Shown: positions 11,515-24,835, counted from the first letter of the stretch. The stretch is DNA of 64,000 nucleotides from Lingula anatina (GCA_051362555.1 CM120640.1:53050788-53114787), one strand, 5' to 3'. Notes: generated by a model not told the origin, from the sequence alone. Numbers and translations are program-made.

Positions 11515-14509
11515 ATGGTGATCTCCAGCTCCCAAGCGAATGATCTAAAGAACAGGTTTGCCCACCTGCTACAACCCATACGTGATCTCACCAAGAACTG
11601 GAATGTAGACATTGCTAATGAGTTGGAGGGCTATCTTGAAGAGGTAATGCATGAGAGTGAAAAAATGTACAGCATTCACAATAATATATCGAGTATTCTT
11701 AAACACTTTTAAGTTTTAAATAGAAGTCAGTAAAGGAGAAGGTTATACTGACTGTGGATTATTTTAGTGTATTGTACATTTACAGCATTTAAGTTATGGT
11801 GAGGTAAGATATCTGTCAGCCAAAATGATTATATTGCAGGGCATTTTATATTTAAAGTACAAACTGTAAATATTTTATTAAATGCTATTTCAGCTCGAGT
11901 CCATAACTATCTCTTTTGATGGAGGGACAACCACCATGAACTTTTCAGAGGCAGCTATGGTCATACAAGGATCTGCTTGTGTATACAGCAAAAAGGTGAT
12001 TAAGTAATATCTTTAGCTTTAGTCTTTTTAGATCATAAAGCTAATGATGAAAGGAATATTAGTTACAGCATCATGTTCATTCAAATGGCTGATATAGTCT
12101 CTTATATTAACAAACTATTATACAACTATGTATTTAAAAAAATATTTTTATTGATTATATCTAGGTGGAGTATTTGTATTCTTTGGTGTATCAGGTGCTT
12201 GATCTTCTTTCAAGTAAAAAGTAAGTTTGGAGTTACTGTCATTTTAAGCACATGAAATGTTTTTTAAACATCATACTTGGAAAATAATGTGTTCTGATAA
12301 AAGGATACAGTTTCCATTACTTTCATTTTGGTGGTTTTGTTTTGATAAAACAACTTAATCTTAGAAGTTTATGAGCAATTACTGGTGCCCCTTAATAAAT
12401 GATATGCTTCTTTTCAGAAAACTCCAGCAAGCTGCTTCAGTGAATGGAGAGGGAGTAGATGGAGATGTAACTTTTAAACAGCAAGAAGATGAAGAGGTTT
12501 GTGATGTGCTTCTACTTGAACATGAAATATTTAAAACACGTAACATAAAAAATAAATCGTAACATATACGATATGAAATTTTATTGGGGTGGTCAGTTAA
12601 GAGGAATAATAAGTGTTAAATAACATCATTCAAAGTGTATTGACAACTAGGCAAGTTAACAAGAATGCTCTTCTTTAGATTTTAACAGTGTTTGCATCAT
12701 GTGCTGCTGTACATATTTATATTTACATTTCACCAGACGGTACAGCAATTTTGTTTCAGTTTCTTACATTGGATGACTTAAAGGAGCACAAGAATATTGA
12801 TCTGAAAACTGACACCGATTTGTTTAGTGAAGTAAGTATTATAAAGCTATTTTGATAGGTTTAATTTTTATTTGACCTTAGGTTCTTAACTGCTCAACAT
12901 AATGTGCTTAATGTGGCAAAATTATTTACTTTATTACATTTTGTTTAATAAAATGTAAGCTGACAGCAATGTTTGAGGAACAACAATCTTATGTAGTTCT
13001 GGTCCTTTGTGTTTCTTGAATGAATGGTAGCATAAAATAGTGGTTTGTTATTATGACTGTTGCTGCTATTTTTAGACTGTTCTGACTGTTCCTCGTACAC
13101 CTATGGCATTGGTACCACTGGAAGAAGGAGAAAAGGGAGAACACCCCTTAATAAGGTTTGCTTGTTAGACTATTGATTTGCTGGGCTTTGCAGTATACAC
13201 ATTCTACCAAATGACTCCAAAAATGAGGAAAAACATAGAACAACAGCAAATTTTATCTCGTGTTTTGAATTTAAAGGGTATTGCAGTATTTGGAATTCTG
13301 TAAGAGAACATATTTTTTTAACAGTAAGATGATATTTCCTGTTTGTTACATTTATGATGGGAATAGATTTAAGATAATCACTTTCTTTATTTAGTCGCAC
13401 AGGAGAAGTTTTAGGCAGTCGCAATGACTTCAAGATGAACACTTGTAATATCCACGCTTCTGGGACAATGTTGTTGGACATGTCACATTTGTCCTTGTTG
13501 GAATGCTCTTTTATGAATAAACCATCTTCCACACCATTCCATGCCAATAGTAAGTACTCTGAATATGGAGAATTATTCTATGATGTTAATGACTTCTTGC
13601 TTCAGTTTGCACATGTTTTTCTTGAACAAAAATTTGGCATTCTCATCTCTGAATATCTTTGTCATCCTTCTTTATTTGTATATCTGTATTACATGCAATA
13701 CTGTTAGACTACTGACAGCCAATTGCATTTAGTTGTAGCAGACATGGGGAAACTGCCCGTCCAACATGTCATGACTGCTTAAAATGCCAGAGGACCTGCA
13801 AAATTTTCGAAATGACAGGTCTTCTGGACTGGCAAGGGTCAAGTGAAAATACAGTACATAATAATTAATCACATGTTAACATAGACTAGTGAAAATAAAA
13901 TACTTCCTTCAGACCAGCACAGAATTGGGAAGACCTGCAGACCTCTTGTGATGCAGTTCCTCTATAACTGATTTGATTCAGTTTCAAAATAAGTATTCAA
14001 AGCTGAAAATAAATGTTAGTTTTGTATTTCAGAACCTAACCAAGATGATCATGGCACAGAGATGGCAGAGGACAATGACAACAATGTAGATGAAGGTCTC
14101 CCACTGGATATGAGTTGTAAGTTCTCGAGGTTATGCTTTCTGTTTGAGGCTGTGTTTAATCTGCAAATTCACCGGGCCTTGGGGAATGACAGAGAGTTAA
14201 AGACCAATCATTTAATTTTTTTCCATTGGCCAGCCTTTTACATCTTGTGTTTAATGTTTAGACTATAAAACCAGTATTAATGACTTCTAAGCATTTGTTG
14301 CTCCATCTTATTTTCTCCTTCTGATATATATATATATATATCAGGGGCGGATTTAGGCCGTCTTCTGGGTCTTCCGGAAGACGGTCAGATTTTCAAGTTT
14401 ACATTGTCAGGCATCTAATGTTTTCTGTCGGAAGACGGTCAAAAATGGAGGATGGATCAACAAAGATAATTTGGAAGACTGTCAGAAAATATCTTTGGAT
14501 CCGCCCCTG

Positions 14510-14592
<83 letters not shown>

Positions 14593-17500
14593 TTAAAACT
14601 TGAATATGTATTTTTAGATGATGACAATAATGGTGATGTTGATGATGATATCCAACCTCCTGTGGAAGAAGAATTTAGGGTAAATTGCAAGATGGATGAG
14701 AAGACAGAAGTTAAGAGGCCTGAAAGGAAAAGGATGCCAGTCTTAGCTAAAACTGTATGTGTACTAATATATTTCTAGTTTCAAAGTTGATACTCGTTTG
14801 ATGAGGTAAATGATGTATTATTTACTGTATATGATTCTTTCTTTTTTTAAGCATCTGCATCTTTGATAAATATCTCAATTCAAGACTAATCTGTTCTCTG
14901 TTAATTAGCATCTAGTAGAAAAGCTTCAGGTGCTGTTTGTATAGCAATGACCTGTAGTTTCATTAATTTTAAATCTGAAGATTTAACATAAATGTGCCCT
15001 CTTTTTATATACAGGTGATTGATCCCTGGACACCAATGGATCCTCACCAGGTGGAAGCTGCTTTTGAAAGACCCTTTAAAAAAGGTACTGTCCAGTATTT
15101 CATTCATCTGTGGGTAGCACTGTCCCATGCTGAAACTTAAAGTTACAGTAGTTAAATGCTTTAATAAAATGTTAGTGTGTATTACAGTTTTTTTATATCA
15201 TTTGGTATTTCATTTCAGTTTCAAATGATAAGAATAATTCAATATGTTTATTTACATTTGTAATGTTTTGATAACTTATGTGTTTTTGTAGGAAAAACAT
15301 TTAAGATTCCAGCAACATTGCAAAATGCAGCAAAGTCAAAGAAAAGAAAGAAGACACCAGAAAAGTGCCATCTGATGCCCATTGCTCAGTTCTGCACGAA
15401 AGCTTGTAAGTATTTATGAATTGCATGCCTTTTAATGCTACTTAATCATGGACATCATACTCTTTTTTACTTGATATGGTGGCATAAAGGCATTAAAAAT
15501 GTTATGTTGTGAAATATTTTTATCTTTTGCAAAATGATTTGAAACTTGTACCATATACAGGGTTTTAATTGTTGTACAACACATTTATTTTTCAGACCAT
15601 TGTGATGAGTCCAAGTTTCCAAGCAACCCACTGAAAGTTCCCTCATTTCCAGAGTTTGAACATTTATACTGGGTGGAGTTCAAAAGGCGCCAGGCTTTAC
15701 TAAAAAAGGAGAAAAAACAACTGGTACATTAAGTTTTACAGAACTTTTTGTTTCAATCCTGATAACTAACTCCCTTGGATAGAGATGAATTGTCTATGAT
15801 TCTAAAAGAGGCCATTGGAAGATCGAAACTCAAAGCATAAACAAATTTAATTTTATTGCAAGACCAAAAAGTTACCATCTCGAAAATTAAAGAAAAAAGA
15901 ACATTTTGCTTTGCCTCTTAGTAACCCTTGGGTGTGATAAAGCATTGTACGTGTTATGATTGTAGGCAGAGCAGGGCAGGTTCCAAGAATTAGCTGAACA
16001 GGAACAGGAAGAACAAGAAGAAAATGAAGCTGCTCCTGTTGGTGAGAACTCCACAAATCCTACTTATTCATAAACAAACTAAGCCACCTTCTCTCCCTTT
16101 CACAGCCAGTCTTGTTTTGTTACTAGCTAATTTGATATGATGTTAAGATTATGCACAATTTATGGTTCTAATCCATGAAAACTTACAATAGCCATGCTGT
16201 ATCAGTTTCAGAAAATATTAAGAGATATGCAAATAATCATGATATTCTCATGAAAATAATTATTAAAAACCTGTGTTGGGGTTTATATCAACCTGCTATT
16301 CATAACACTTTATCAACACTCACTCAATGAATTTTTTTTTCCCCATATTTTGTACCTCAAATTTTTGCTTTCAGGCATCGATGATGATGATGATTATGAC
16401 AACCAAGCCCCATTTAATATACCCGACATACAGGGGCCAGTAGATCAGGACTTAGCTTTCCCACAAGATAACCAAGAGATGGATGAAGGTTAGAAATAAA
16501 TGTCACATAATTATCAATTAAATTCACCAGAATATGTGGGTAAAGAATAATTAATATTTTTGATATTGTAAAGATTTTCAGATTAATTTTGACTCACTTA
16601 ATTGTTTATTTATTTATTCTTATTTATTCATTTTTTACCCAGATGGGGATACCATATTGACACAACGAGGAGGAAATATCATTTCAAATTATGAAGATCT
16701 TGTCAGATACCATGTGGTAAGAACCATAGACATGACTAACAGATTCTTTGTATACCCAATAAAGAATATAATTCAGGTAATATCTGGATACATTATCTTT
16801 CATCAGATCGCAATTAGCAAATTTTGCATTTTATTTCAGTTTCATAAGATATAAGATTCTTTTGCAGTTATCATCAATATATTGCTGTTTCCCTACCTTT
16901 TTTTAGGACAACTACTTGGCAAGTGCCCAGCAATATGCACAAATAACTGATCTTTCAAAGAGAGTCTCGGAGTGGGAAGAGAAAATCTTACCAAGGCTTA
17001 GAAAAGAGGTAACATTAAACCATACCATTTCATTGCTCTTTCTCTTTTCAGGAATATTTATCAGCCCTGTTAGTCACAAATGAAAAAGGTTAACACCTTT
17101 AGTGCTGAACTACATGTTGTTAGAATTACTTATCCCAAAAAGGAAAAACTGTTAGCTTAAACTATATAGCTAATCTATTGGCTTATTAAATAAAGGCAAA
17201 GTCAAGTCTTGCTTTTATGTACCATGTTCCACATGCATCACAATGGGGTTTACTTTAAATGACAATGTGCCTGGAACATTTTTTTGGTCCTGAATCAGAC
17301 TGGGTATAGACATTATCACCTCCATGGGAAGGATATGGCCCAGCTTTTGTATGAAGTGCTGAAAGTTAGGCAGTCCAGGTACATCACCAGAGCCTCTAAT
17401 TAGTGCTAAGTGGGGAGACAGCTAGTAACATTAAGGAAGGACTGGTATGTCCTCCAACAGGGCTGAACCCACATTCTCAGACACTGACCACAAGATTGTC

Positions 17501-18116
17501 TGGTCTATACGGTATATAACTTCATTCATTCTTTATTTTCAGGAAACACAAGGATCTTTTGATATACACAAGTGTGGGTCTGCTATTCTGGAAAAGCTTC
17601 CGGACTCTAAAGTAAAAGTACCATTCAGAAAAATAGTTGAGAAGGAACCTGCATATCAAATAGCAAGGCTTTTTCTGGCAACATTACAACTGGTGAGCTT
17701 TTAATTAAAATTACAGAACATTGAAGAAAAATTGATGATTAAGCACCTCCATAGTGTACTTTATGCAGTTCAAGTTCAAATTTTGAAAATAAACATAAAA
17801 CATTTTGTTAATCACCACTAGTGCAATTTTACTTTGACTTCATACTTTGACTTGATATTTTTGCATGGATATCGACATATGATGCTAAATGGTGATTTGG
17901 CTAGGACAAAACCTAGTCAACAACATCCCAAGTCCTAACATGCAAACACAGAATCTTATTATGATTTTTTTCTAGGCAAATACAGCCAATGTTCTAATAT
18001 CGCACCATGGTATTCTCAGAGAGGGGATGGACACTATGGAGTTACAGATTTTGTCACGAAGGAGACATTTTGAAGAACTCGAGGAATACAGAGCACCTTC
18101 ATTAGTGGACCATTAG
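11515..18116 (+). CDS. NCAPH2: Condensin-2 complex subunit H2, ~18 coding exons (e.g. 11515..11643, 11894..11995, 12165..12220, 12418..12496, 13395..13549, 16643..16716, 16907..17008, 17543..17692, 17976..18116)
   Basis: [109 protein letters not shown]. Stop TAG at 18114-18116. Some internal exon edges are approximate. Confidence 0.93.
14342..14509. mobile_element. Short TIR element (CAGGGGCGGAT...ATCCGCCCCTG), hAT-like MITE inserted in a (TA)n tract
   Basis: 11-bp perfect inverted ends with (TA)n on both flanks. A related end, GGATCCGCCCTTG, occurs near 35969-35981. Confidence 0.7.
14510..14590. repeat. (TA)n microsatellite
   Basis: Long perfect TA run. Confidence 0.97.
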
Positions 18117-19250
18117 CATCATTAAATTTATTGGTAACAACTGAAAACTTTCATTGTTAATTTTAGAAATACTGGTTTCTATCTGTTGTTTTTATCCATG
18201 CTAAGAAGACAGACGTTTTTTATGGTGAACATGATGGACGCTTACAGTCAAGGTGCACATTTTACTTTATCATCACAACTCTTCCTTGAGATATTTCATT
18301 CATGCAACATAATTAATGGAGATCAGATGAGACAGCCCAAAGAATCATGCCTTTATATAAAATCAAATGAGATTTTGAAGGATTTGGAGAATGGGTCAAA
18401 AAAGGCATATTACAATGTGGTGTAGCAACAAATAAAAGCAGATTGACTTAAGTAATCAGTTTTGTATTGCTTACTATTAAGCCGATATTCCAGGGGAATA
18501 GTTTTACCCTCATTTCTGAAAAGTTAACCTTAGTGTCTTATGCCATCATCAGTGATGACAGCCTTTCCTACTGGAAGACTTGTTAATCATTTTTGTTCCA
18601 GATATCCATTGTTTACGAAAAATGAAATTGCATTAAAAACTGTTAATTGCTTATATATTAAGTGGAGTATATCAACTATTATGGAATTTTAGGTGGAACA
18701 TGGCAATCTTTGAACATTTAACTTATTTTTGGAAAATAATTTAAAACAGGAGCATTTGCCCGAAATTGAATAGCTTTTATTTGATAAAATTACAATAGTC
18801 TTCAATAAATTAATATAATATCACAAATACTCAGTATTCAAAATAAGCTCTTATGAACGCTTAACACAAGTTTATCTGCTGCATTAAATGAAAACTACTC
18901 GAAGGAGGTAAATAAAACCCTTGACGTGTTTATAGCCTATGTCTGACACACTTGTCCACAATATGGATTTCAAAACAACATATCAATACTTGTGACCTGC
19001 ACAACACCTTAAACGTGCATATTTAACCTCTCTAAAATGGTTTGCCTTCAAAGAACCTCAACCAGTTTTTTTGCTACAAACTATTCATCTTTTGTCAGAG
19101 ATATTTAAATCACTGGGTTTTCAAAATCCACTCTGTACATGATTTATAAGGCAGCTGAAGATTTCGTCAACTACTTAAACTTAAAAAGTAGATTAACTCA
19201 TTCAAATAACTTTAAGGAGTCATTTTGTAACAATCTAAAACAAAAACTGA

Positions 19251-22200
19251 TTAATCTTTGGCTTGGCATGCTCGGATAAACTCTAAAATGTGCTGCCTGT
19301 GCTGAGGATCAAAACAGTAACCAATAGCATCATTTACTTCAGCAATTCTTTTCTGGAACCTACATCTGTCTACAGCATAGGCTTCCCAGGGACCTTTGCG
19401 ACATTCATTTTCATCCATTTGCATAATTTCATACACAGTTGCAATATGTTCCTCATCTGGAAAATGCACCTGAAAAGATTTTTAAAAAGATGTCTGTTAT
19501 TGAATATTTATGTATAATAGTATGACAAAACATTTGTACAAGTTTTTATTGTCATTTTCCCACCAGAATAAAATGATTCCCAATGTAAAAGACGATATCA
19601 CTTGATTTTTTTTTTTTTTTTTTTTTTTTTTTGTAAGCTTACTCGTTTTCATTCAGCACAGCTGATAATGAAATTAAGGCATGTTTCACAAACTAAAATT
19701 TTATGTAACATGCAGAATTTTTTCTTAAAATCATTTATAATTTCACAGGAAAGATAAAATCCTCATTTTCAGTTTTAAATAATACATTTTCTTAATATTG
19801 ATAGATACGCAACAAGTTTTGTTATTATATATAGAAATGCAACATTTGGTTATAAATACAACTGCACAATGGGATCAAAGGAAAACTAATCACACAGGTC
19901 TGTATGACAGGACACAAGACTCAATATTGTAATCAACCTCCTGCATTTCATCACCAATTGACCAATAAATAACTGCCAGGCTGCAACCTGGCATGACACT
20001 ATGACCTTTTTCTACCCTCAATATAAATAACAGATGCAACATTGGGTCAAACATACAGCACTTAATTTTTGGTGAAAAGAAATGTTTGTGCTGAATTAGT
20101 GTTGTACAAATTGATATAATCATCCTAATTTTGTTCTCAAGGAGATATGTATAGACATATGTTGTTGGCATGAATCTAAATTACTTGCTAGTACTTATTA
20201 TTTTGACCACAAGCTGAACTGCACTTCACAAAATTTTATTTCGTAGATTTCTTGAGCAACAGATTTAAGTTGATATGCCAACTAACAGATCAGGAAATCA
20301 AATATGGCCGTCCCACCTGAAAGCTTGTCATATAATCTCCTAAGAGACACTGAGTAGATTTCCTGCCAGGGCTCCCAAACTCACCCTGAGCTTCAGAGCT
20401 AACTTGACACTAACCTCTTCACTGTAGCCTATCTTCATCGTGTCAAGTAACCTCTGACGAAAATAGTTTGACCTAGTTTATATAAGCCAATCAAATCCAT
20501 GTTTCAAAATTTTTCACCAAAGTTTGGTGAAAACGCTGATTGGTTGACCGTCAATCGGCAATCCTCGACTGATTCCGCAAGCTCCATACTAACAACAAAG
20601 TTATTGTCGAGTGCGGAGACATCCGAGTAGTTCCGAGTGTATTACCGTACACAAAGAAAGCAAGGCGAGTGACTACGAAAAAGAATGTGTTAAGTTATCT
20701 CTTGATTCTTTGCAAAATATGAGTAAATCGGAATTGAAACCATAGGGTCTAGCAGTTTGAGGCCCTGCATCATTATCTACTGAGAGACGATGTTATTTGC
20801 GTGCTGCCCACAGGTTACGGCAAGTCCCTGATATTCAGCCTTAACTTTGATTGGTCCGGATTTGAACAAAGCGCGCTTTGACTCGTTCGCGTTCATTGGC
20901 TAGATCGTTTAATGAGTCATTGAGTACGGGCTTTTAAATTTGATTGGCGGGCGGCGGAGGCAATCGAATCTGGTCAGAGGTTACTTGACACGATGAAGAT
21001 AGGCTACAGTGAAGAGGTTAGTGTCAAGTTAGCTCTGAAGCTCAGGGTGCCCAAACTCAAAAGCATTGCAAATTGCAATAGCGATATCACCTTTCATTTT
21101 GAGGCAATTATATGGGGTAGGTAAATGCTGAGTTATGGAATAGTGACGCTTGTGCTCGTTTGCAATTCGCAGTGCTTTGGAGTTACAGAGCCCATGATAA
21201 CATGGTTAGCTTTCAAGTTGTCATATTTGATTCGAGCATCTGTAAGTCTGCAGATCTACTTTATTTGTGAATGCAACCTAACATCTTGTTTAGACCCAAG
21301 AACATACACCAACAGGCAAGTGTTTCTATATTCTCATCCCAAAGTATCTTAGCATTATTGCCCTAATCATACTACGTGCTATACTGTAGAATTCCCCATT
21401 CATCTGAAAGGCCCCCTTCTTTTAGAAACAAATAGCTCTTTTCATCTCAAGTTAATTTAACTGAACTTTATCTAGAACATTGTTTTTATCATGCAATGGG
21501 TTATTTTAACCAGTCTTATCACAGAAGCAAAATGTCTTTTAACATAACATCATTTAAGAGTCACCTATGTCAATTTAACAGCCTCATTGTATCTTTTTTT
21601 CAATTGCACCTTTTTATTACCTATTAAATGCCTTTTTTATTAATAATTTAAATAAATATCCTTGTAAAATGTTATTCTACCATCTATTATCTTCTTTAAT
21701 ATTATGTTATCCTGCATGTAGACAGATTTTTTTTTATTTAAACAGTCTATGCACAGAGATGAATCTTACCCTTTTGGGTGTTGTATCAGAATGGAAGGAT
21801 GGATAGTGGTCATCTTCAAGGTCAAACAGCCTGCCTTTTTCTAAAGTCCTCATCTCTGGACTGGAGCTAACTTTTGGCACATGTCTGGTAAATACGTCAA
21901 ATTGCAGGTTTAAAGGGTGATCAGGATCATGCATGGAATGTAGACCATCAGTTTCCTCAAAGTCATAGAGATAACTTCCTTCAAAGGGATCAATAAACTC
22001 TTCCTCTACAAATACTACGAAAGGGGCAGCTGTGTCAGAGTCACAGAAATCACTGCAATCATCCTCAGAATCACTATCAACATTTCCTAGAATAAAAGCT
22101 ACAGAACTATGGAAGTTCTTGTCTTTAGCACCTATTTGAAATGTGTTTGAATTATCAACCACATTGGGATGTTCAATTTTCTGTTTTTTCTTCATATCAC

Positions 22201-23416
22201 AATTTTGTGTAGGTTGGTGACAAGAAAAGTTTGTCTGAAAACTGGCTTGGCGCTTTTTCTGTCTCTGTCTTTTTTTCGCAGATGGACGGGACTTCCTCCT
22301 CTTTTTCTTTTGCCTTGAATTACTGTTTCTTGGAGTGCTGACGGACTTATTATCACTAGGGTTGGAAACTGTAATATCATTATTGCATAAACTGATCTCT
22401 GTCACATGACAGACACAATTGCAATGGGGCATGCAGGTATATACTTCTGGAGAGTTTACACCTGTGCCAGTGCAATCAGGCATACTGTGATTACAAACTG
22501 TACTCTTCATTGCACCAATTTTGAGCAAACCTCCATCTTGCATTCCATCATCTGAATTAATTTTTACATTAAGCTTGAAAACAAAATCTGGTGTCTGGTT
22601 CACAAGTGTTTCTTTCCAGTCAAGCTGAGCACACACTCCAGCATCTTGCTCAGGGCTTTGTTTCATTGCATCATTGGGACTGCTAATTGTACTGTCATGA
22701 GATGTGCCTTTGTCACCATCTTCAATATCCCCATGTGACCTTTTCCTCTCACCTTTACACCCTGCCTCTGCAGTCTTATCTGCTTTGTCCTGAGAAATAT
22801 GCAGCTGACCTAATATGGCACCAAGCTGTGTTACAGCCCCCATTCTGGGAACTGGTTTAATGTAACTAGAAACTTTATCCATGTCTGGTATTTTCCTCAT
22901 AGAAAAATGTGATTCACTAGTTGATTTGTTGTCACAGTGGTAAATTTCTGCATTCACTTGGGATGCTCCTGCAGACTGACTTCTTAATTTATTCATATTT
23001 GGAGAACAATTAGTGGCATCTAGACTCTGTATATTTTTACTAGTCATTCTCGACCCAGTGGCAGTCTGATAATGACACGGATTAAAAATGTTTCTTTCAC
23101 TGAAGAAATTGGAAAACTTAGTAAAATAGGAGCCCATCATTTTGGTGAAGTTACCTGGTGTATTTGTTTCTCGTACCTGATCTTGGGTATTAAAACCAGT
23201 CGAACCCGAAGTCCAGTGTGTTAAGTCATCATCTGATGAAATTTCTCCAATACTGTCTAAGCGCAAGAGTGGACTCCGTCTTTGATGCGGTGTCGTTCTA
23301 TTTTGTGTGTGAGGTTCGTCACGTTTCGTGTCACCTTTGAACATACCGAAAGTCCATGGCCACCTCGGCCAATTCTGCTGCTCTTTCTGAGAGAGTAAAG
23401 AACTTTTAACGTCCAT
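19251..23416 (-). CDS. PPP1R15: Protein phosphatase 1 regulatory subunit 15 (GADD34/CReP family); join complement(19251..19469,21770..23416), ~621 aa
   Basis: Splicing joins TPKR|VHF, forming the PP1-binding RVxF motif, followed by RKGPWEAYAVDRCRFQKRI, the GADD34/CReP/ICP34.5 eIF2alpha-phosphatase domain. The long N-terminal exon is low-complexity with acidic and basic tracts. Confidence 0.9.
20382..21049. mobile_element. Non-autonomous DNA transposon, ~77-bp TIRs (CACCCTGAGC...GCTCAGGGTG), 8-bp TSD CCCAAACT (hAT/P-like)
   Basis: Apparently perfect TIRs; TSD at 20374-20381 and 21050-21057. It lies in the PPP1R15 intron. Confidence 0.88.
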
Positions 23417-23427
23417 GATAATATCGT

Positions 23428-23628
23428 TTACGCAACAGTCCTCCTTGATGCGAAATTAAGCCGATGATTCATAATGGTAATGTTTGGGGCGATCCACCCC
23501 GCGTGTCCTCGAATAAAAGTATTAAAATTCAGGTCAAAAGTATATGATCGGCAACCTTTAAAGGATTCGCTTGATTCCTGGTAGTATTTGCTGTAGACTT
23601 CTTCACTTTCTTTAATACTTGGATACAT
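23428..23628 (-). promoter_or_regulatory. Upstream ORF (66 aa) in the putative PPP1R15 5' leader
   Basis: ATG at 23628, TAA at 23428-23430, 11 nt before the main ATG (23416) and in a different frame. GADD34 and CReP mRNAs are known to be uORF-regulated. Confidence 0.6.
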
Positions 23629-23944
23629 TATCTTCGAAATAATCGAACTAACAGCTGTTAATAGTAATTGGCGCACTTCTGTTTTCTCTATTCAGGAAGT
23701 AACTATGACGAGTTACTGACCAGTCCGGAAAACCTTGCACTATCAAATAGAACATTATATAATAGCTTTTTATGTTAATTGTTGATTTTTATAATTCTAA
23801 CAGTGTAGTTTGATGTATTGTATCGAAAACTTTGCTGTCATTTATATACCCAATCCAAAAGATTCGGCATTAGATTATTTGATCTAGGAAAAATGCGTAG
23901 AGATATACATTTAGGTCAAGGTAAAAGAATGGTACTATTTTGCA

Positions 23945-23990
23945 ATTTCATCAGCCGGAAGCTACTTTGCGTCATTATTGTCGCGCGAAA
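23945..23990. promoter_or_regulatory. Motif cluster in the PPP1R15/FANCE divergent promoter: C/EBP-ATF site, ETS, CRE/CEBP hybrid, E2F
   Basis: ATTTCATCA (TGATGAAAT on -) 23945-23953, CCGGAAG 23955-23961, TTGCGTCAT 23967-23975, GCGCGAAA 23983-23990. Confidence 0.45.
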
Positions 23991-24835
23991 GTATGAACGG
24001 CGGGTTCAGCTAGATCTAGAGCAACAAAACAGGTATCTTGGACAGTTTTGAAGAATCTGTGTTATAAATAAGTATTTTATGGTGAAAAATATGGGCTTGG
24101 GAGAAAAGGTCAATCCATAAACATCCAGAGCTTTGATGTTGGAGATAAGGGGAAAAAAACAGCTTAGATCTGCCTCATTTGTACAACACTCGACAGCCCA
24201 GACGATTTTTAAAACTTGATTTAACATTTAAATTATTTGAATTATATCCCGTGTAAGTTTTTTTAAAGGAAAGTGCATGTGTCTCTTCTCCCTGGCCCAT
24301 CCTCTTGATTTTTTTTTTTTTTTTTTTTTTTTTTTGTGGGAAGATGCATGTACCAGTACATGAATGTGCTTCCCCTGGCAACTCCTCCCCTTTCAAATAA
24401 TAGGTAATAAAAATAAAATGCACAATTGTGATATAGACTTATAAGGCTATCACTAAAACATGCACATTCCCACTTTAGTTTTGGTGCTACACCAAGGTTT
24501 TCTTTTCTTCCACAACTTGATTCCACTGCATGTTATTTTGCAGATAAATTAAAAATAATTTTTTATATGTTCTCGTATATTCACCATTGAGTATTCCACA
24601 AAATGACAATTAATGATGTAATAATACCCTTAAATTTAGAGTGAAAAGGACAAAAAAAGATAATAACCTTGGCAGTTTGAATGATTTTACAATACTGGTA
24701 GGTGCTGACCACTGCTTTAGAATACATGCCAAATGAATAGTTGATGGCTTTTGTGTTTTTCTCTGGACATAAAAATGTGCAAATAAATGTGTGATGTTGT
24801 AACACATGCAATGTGATTTATCAGTTTAGGCTATA

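Noticed and set aside
17180-17500. Possible tRNA-derived SINE or intronic snoRNA in NCAPH2
   Set aside because: A/B boxes and C/D or H/ACA motifs were not convincing by eye; it needs an Rfam/Dfam search.
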